Assembly (NCBI GenBank): GCA_020344415.1
Contig: CP070825.1
Location: 1,604,533-1,624,426 of the forward strand
Source: Candidatus Aminicenantes bacterium
Lineage (GTDB): Bacteria > Acidobacteriota > Aminicenantia > Aminicenantales > Aminicenantaceae
DNA length: 19,894 bases
Reading direction: 5' to 3'
Shown here: piece after piece, positions 16,203 to 19,894 of the stretch
Layout: each line of letters opens with the position of its first letter
How positions within the stretch are numbered: position 1 is the first letter of the stretch
Notes under the pieces: generated by a model
The model's database searches: none
What the model was told of the DNA's origin: nothing
What the model saw: only the letters and a program-made list of their open reading frames with translations
Position numbers and translations under genes: made by a program

Positions 16203-18035
16203 ATGAATGAAAAAAGCATCTATAAAGTAGAAGCCTATAAAAAATTTGCGGGGGAACTTCCACGAGTCCTCAAGGGGCCAAATATCCGAACCGTGGACCT
16301 CAAATGGCTTGAGCCAAGAGCGAAAGCTACGGGGACCAAAACTAAATACGGCTCCTATGGCTGGCGAGCAGCTATTTCTAGCCGGATTGCACCCAAGACT
16401 GTCTACTTAGGGAGCGAAGATATCCGACTCCCCAAGCCTACGGTTGAACAACAATCCTTGATCGCCAGGGCTCCAGAAGAGCTGGAAAAGGTGCTCCACC
16501 TCCTCCGAACTCTCCCCTTATACCACATCCGCCGTCAGATGGGAGAGAATGATTCGTACAATCCACTCTGTAACCTTTATTTTTCCGAAGCGGACCTCAT
16601 CAACTACCGCCTGGGATATATGTGGGGAAACACATTATTCAAGCCCAGCAAGCGACCGGGTCCTGAGTTCACCATGATTCACATCCCCGAAGAGCACCCC
16701 TTAAGGCAGCAGGTTCTTGCTCTTCCTGAAGACAACATCAATATTGCCCTGGGAACGGATTACATGGGAGAAGATAAAAAGGGCTTCCTCCGTCAGTCCA
16801 TGTGGACTGCGGATAAACTGGGTATGTTAGGGCTTCACTCCGGCACAAAACTCGTCACAGTCAGGGATGCTGATAACAAGCTCAAAACCTACGGAGTCTT
16901 CCTTTTTGGTCTCACTGCAACTGGCAAATCTACCTGGTCCTGTCATCAGCTCGGTCTTGACCATAAAAATGGCGAAAAAACAGAAGTGACTCAAGATGAC
17001 ATCGTTTTCCTCAAGACCGATGGATCTGCTCTAGGCACAGAAGGTGGCTTTTTTGTTAAAACAGATGTCGAGAGAGAAAACCAAGAAGCAATGTACAATG
17101 CCTTGATCGACAAATCTGCCCTTTATGAAAATGTCATGATCAGATCCAACGGAGACGTTGACTTCCTGGATGAAACCCTTACCGCAAATGGAAGAGCTGT
17201 TATACAGCGCGATAAACTCAAAGTGAGAATAAACGGAAAAATGGTCGGGATTGCATCAAAATCCATCAACCTTCCCCCTCTTGAAGAATTGGATGGATTG
17301 GTCTTTGCCTTTATAACCCGCAGAAACACCATCATGAGTTTTGCCCAGGAGCTCACTCCTGAGCAGGCAATCCTAGCCTATCTCTGGGGAGAAAGCACCC
17401 ACAGTTATGCCAGCCAGCCCCTTAAGGCCGGTGAGTCTGTGCGTATCGTGGGAACCGATCCATTCATTGTCGGATCAAGAGCCAAAAAAGTAAACCGCTT
17501 CTATGAAATTATCATGACCCTAGTCAGCAACTTTCCTGGGAAACTTAAGTTCATGCAGTACAATACAGGCGGACTGGGTGAGATTATCGAAACTCAAGAA
17601 GAAAACGGTCAACAGAAAAAAAGAATGGTGCGCAAGATCACCCGGGTTCCCATAAACTTGATGGCTCAAATCCAGAGGGGTGATCTTCGCGGAACAAATC
17701 ATTACGAAAAGGGAAGGCTCGGGACAAAAGAAGTAAAGAGCTGCGAAGGGCGAAACCTTGATGAATACGATATCCGCAAATTCTACTCAGAGGAGCAGAT
17801 CCAGCATTATATTAAAGATCTCGTAGAAGGAAGGCGCAACTTTACTGAGGAGATTGCCTCAGAAGGACTCCGACAGGAAATCCTGTATGCTGCAGAGCGC
17901 TCCTTCCGCATCGATAAAAGCGGCGAAAAAGAAAAGCCAGAAGTCCCAGAAAGTCCTGCTGAAGAAGAGAGGCCGTTTTATTACTGGGAATCTAAATCGA
18001 GACCCCGCCGAGGAGGATTCTGGAGATCAAAATAA
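16203..18035 (+). CDS. phosphoenolpyruvate carboxykinase (ATP) family protein, divergent (long N-terminus, charged/aromatic C-terminal tail)
   Basis: Colinear with E. coli PckA motifs: GTDYMGEDKKGF (GGTWYGGEMKKGMF), LHSG (MHCS His ligand), VFLFGLTATGKSTWS (kinase-1a FFGLSGTGKTTLS), DDIVF (GDDEHGW Asp ligands), GTEGGFFVKT (FEGGCYAKT), MYNALIDKSALYENVMIRSNGDVDF ([24 protein letters not shown]), NGRAVIQ (ENTRVSY Arg333), LTPEQAILAYLWGEST (LTADQTQYHFLSGFT), MQYNTGGLG (YLVNTGWNG). 610 aa versus about 540 for PckA. The N-terminal substrate-binding region is poorly conserved. Confidence 0.8.
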   Translation: MNEKSIYKVEAYKKFAGELPRVLKGPNIRTVDLKWLEPRAKATGTKTKYGSYGWRAAISSRIAPKTVYLGSEDIRLPKPTVEQQSLIARAPEELEKVLHLLRTLPLYHIRRQMGENDSYNPLCNLYFSEADLINYRLGYMWGNTLFKPSKRPGPEFTMIHIPEEHPLRQQVLALPEDNINIALGTDYMGEDKKGFLRQSMWTADKLGMLGLHSGTKLVTVRDADNKLKTYGVFLFGLTATGKSTWSCHQLGLDHKNGEKTEVTQDDIVFLKTDGSALGTEGGFFVKTDVERENQEAMYNALIDKSALYENVMIRSNGDVDFLDETLTANGRAVIQRDKLKVRINGKMVGIASKSINLPPLEELDGLVFAFITRRNTIMSFAQELTPEQAILAYLWGESTHSYASQPLKAGESVRIVGTDPFIVGSRAKKVNRFYEIIMTLVSNFPGKLKFMQYNTGGLGEIIETQEENGQQKKRMVRKITRVPINLMAQIQRGDLRGTNHYEKGRLGTKEVKSCEGRNLDEYDIRKFYSEEQIQHYIKDLVEGRRNFTEEIASEGLRQEILYAAERSFRIDKSGEKEKPEVPESPAEEERPFYYWESKSRPRRGGFWRSK

Positions 18036-18041
18036 GGGAAT

Positions 18042-18602
18042 TTACACAATCTTTTTTTCTATCTCTAGAGCCAAAAGGTGGAGGAGAAGAAGATGAACCT
18101 CCTGAATTCGAGGTGTACTTTCTGATGGCACATCCAGGAGAAAATCGGTAAGAGAGGCAAGTTTTCCCCCTCCTTTTCCTGTAAAAGCAACTGTGATAAT
18201 TTTCATCTCTTTGGCTACCTTTACAGCTTCAATCACATTTGATGAATTCCCGCTTGTCGAAAGAGCAAGTGCCACATCCCCCTCCTCGCCAAGCGCTTCT
18301 ATTTGGCGGCTAAAGACATAATCGAAAGAAGTATCATTGGCGATCGAGGTCAGGCTTGATGTGTCGGTCGTTAAGGATATCGCTCTAATAGCAGGTCTTA
18401 TATCTAAAAACTTATTGACAAGCTCTGCAGCGAAATGCTGCGCCTGAGCAGCACTTCCACCGTTTCCAAATGTCAGAATTTTACGGCCAGCTCTTAAGCT
18501 TTCAATGATCACGCTTAAGGTTTTTTCGAAAAGGCTACTTTTTGTGATAAAAAATTCCTCTGCAGTCTCTTTCAACTCAGCTATGATATTCTGATAATCC
18601 AT
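18042..18602 (-). CDS. gmhA: D-sedoheptulose-7-phosphate isomerase (SIS domain phosphoheptose isomerase)
   Basis: GNGGSAAQAQHFAAELVNKF is the SIS/GmhA signature, plus ALSTSGNS and VAFTGKGGGKL. 186 aa. GAGGAGG RBS on the minus strand. It is convergent with the PEPCK-like gene, with only 6 bp between stop codons. Confidence 0.88.
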   Translation of the reverse strand: MDYQNIIAELKETAEEFFITKSSLFEKTLSVIIESLRAGRKILTFGNGGSAAQAQHFAAELVNKFLDIRPAIRAISLTTDTSSLTSIANDTSFDYVFSRQIEALGEEGDVALALSTSGNSSNVIEAVKVAKEMKIITVAFTGKGGGKLASLTDFLLDVPSESTPRIQEVHLLLLHLLALEIEKKIV

Positions 18603-18682
18603 CTCTCCTCCTCATAATGATATATCATCTTTCCGAAATCCATTAAACCATAAAATCAATTCGTAAACATCTTTTTTTCCTA

Positions 18683-19408
18683 TCAATCTTCCAGCCCCGA
18701 TTGAATAATTTTTTTCACTTTGTCTATTAATTGCGGAAGGCTGCTGCGGTCGAATCCCTCAACAGGAACAGCACGGTGAAAATTGGCTCTGACTATTCCT
18801 TTCTTAACAAAAAAACTTCCCCTGGGCATAAGTTCGTAGCTTCCCTTTAGGCTCACTGGAACAATAGGGGCCAGGCTAGCAAGCGCTAGGAAAAAGCCGC
18901 CCCTCTTGAACGGCTGAAGCTTACCATCTCGACTCCTGGTTCCTTCAGGGAAAATGAGAAAAGAAAAGCCTTTCTCTTTTATATGTCGAGAGGCCCGATC
19001 TATACTCTCTTTTCCGCCTTTTAGGCGTTTCCGATCCACAGGAATGAAACCTATCTGCCTCATCGCTTGAGCAACAATGGGAATCCTGAAAATTTCTTTT
19101 TTCAGGATGACCCTTACAGATTGCGGGATAATCATAAAAAGTATTGGGCCATCGATAATACTCAGATGGTTAGCCATGAAAACATAGGACGCTTTTTTAT
19201 CTATATTCTCCACTCCGGAAATCTCCAGCCGAATCCCCACTATTTTTTGCCCGAGCCGGATAACCCATTTCCCGATCAAAATGAGCGGTTGGGAGTATCT
19301 CACAAGGTAACAGAAAAGAAGAACTGGAATGAGAAGAATTGCTAAAAGGCCATAGATAAACAAAAGAATAAGAGTTCGCATTCTCGGTTTTTCAAGATTA
19401 TACCACAA
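18683..19408 (-). CDS. plsC: 1-acyl-sn-glycerol-3-phosphate acyltransferase
   Basis: N-terminal TM helix. Acyltransferase motif I is NHLSIIDG (HX4D) and motif III is FPEGTRS. 241 aa. Confidence 0.82.
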   Translation of the reverse strand: MWYNLEKPRMRTLILLFIYGLLAILLIPVLLFCYLVRYSQPLILIGKWVIRLGQKIVGIRLEISGVENIDKKASYVFMANHLSIIDGPILFMIIPQSVRVILKKEIFRIPIVAQAMRQIGFIPVDRKRLKGGKESIDRASRHIKEKGFSFLIFPEGTRSRDGKLQPFKRGGFFLALASLAPIVPVSLKGSYELMPRGSFFVKKGIVRANFHRAVPVEGFDRSSLPQLIDKVKKIIQSGLED

Positions 19409-19630
19409 TCCGAGATAAAAAAGGCGAGAAGGAAAGCATCTCTCTTTTTGTGAAAAATATTGTCTATCAGGCAGGCTGAATCGTCAACACACAAGAAAAA
19501 GAGACGCTTCGGGCAAGAGGTTAATCGTTTAACAATGCAACATATTTTTTCGAAAAAATGGTATCCCTTAGAGAATTGATTGGTGAATTTGTTGGGAAGG
19601 TTCTTAAATTAGGAAATGAATGGAGGATTT

Positions 19631-19684
19631 AAGAAAAGCAAGGGAGGAATTACTCTTTTTATGCATTCCCCGTACATTCCTCCT
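19631..19684 (-). terminator. putative intrinsic terminator for the upstream minus-strand gene (stem GGAGGAAT/ATTCCTCC, then UUGCUUUUCUU on the minus strand)
   Basis: An 8-bp perfect inverted repeat at 19643-19650 / 19676-19683 with an extra G-U at 19642/19684. The loop is 25 nt (19651-19675), which is large. On the minus strand the stem is followed by a T-rich run (rc of 19631-19641). It lies about 60 nt after the stop of the edge gene. Confidence 0.35.
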
Positions 19685-19741
19685 CTTTCTCCCTTTACTT
19701 CTCTTAAGAAGATAGGTAACACTTAGATAAAATTAGCTGTA

Positions 19742-19894
19742 TCAGCTTCCTGTTTGCTGAGCGATTCTAGGAGCACGGATCCAGCTGCCATTCCACATGA
19801 TCAGGTCATTCTCGAAATCAATCATCGCTCCCACAACAAATAAACCAGCATTGGGATCTGCGGAATTGTAAGAAAAACCTTCCTGAGCATTCTT
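19742..19894 (-). CDS. 3' end of an unidentified minus-strand gene running off the window (C-terminus ...GLFVVGAMIDFENDLIMWNGSWIRAPRIAQQTGS*)
   Basis: The frame is open from the window edge (19894) down to a TGA (rc of 19742-19744), covering 50 codons. It is not in the ORF track because no start codon lies in the window. Product not recognisable. Confidence 0.35.
   Translation of the reverse strand, partial: KNAQEGFSYNSADPNAGLFVVGAMIDFENDLIMWNGSWIRAPRIAQQTGS

Overview
This is an AT-rich (~40% GC) bacterial chromosomal window from a diderm (lipid A genes present). Coding calls are by motif recognition only; no searches were run.

Gene order: a 5'-truncated comEC; a small Lys-rich secreted protein; a minus-strand pair (a 1040-aa BNR/Asp-box repeat protein and an exported hypothetical); then a tight plus-strand run lpxK, lpxL-family acyltransferase, rph and a UDP-glucuronate decarboxylase (UXS). 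Downstream come a short DPM1-like GT2 glycosyltransferase, a flotillin, a 784-aa aspartate-aminotransferase fusion, a divergent ATP-type PEP carboxykinase homolog, and convergent gmhA and plsC. A minus-strand gene tail runs off the 3' edge.

The most unusual content:
- The aminotransferase is fused C-terminally to a degenerate PEPCK-family domain (P-loop GPKGTKKT; Mn-binding Lys-Lys lost; an extra Cys5 cluster). It sits immediately upstream of a second PEPCK-family gene whose catalytic motifs are intact. This may be an Asp to OAA to PEP channeling or pseudoenzyme pair.
- A bipartite ~27 + 28 bp sequence module occurs upstream of both the GT2 gene and the PEPCK-like gene, at the same distance from each start codon. 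In the GT2 copy the two halves are split by a ~200-bp GC-rich cluster of short palindromic repeats (bounded by 9-bp terminal inverted repeats) plus a perfect 12-bp hairpin.
- A 158-bp element with perfect 20-bp terminal inverted repeats lies in the divergent BNR/lpxK promoter region.
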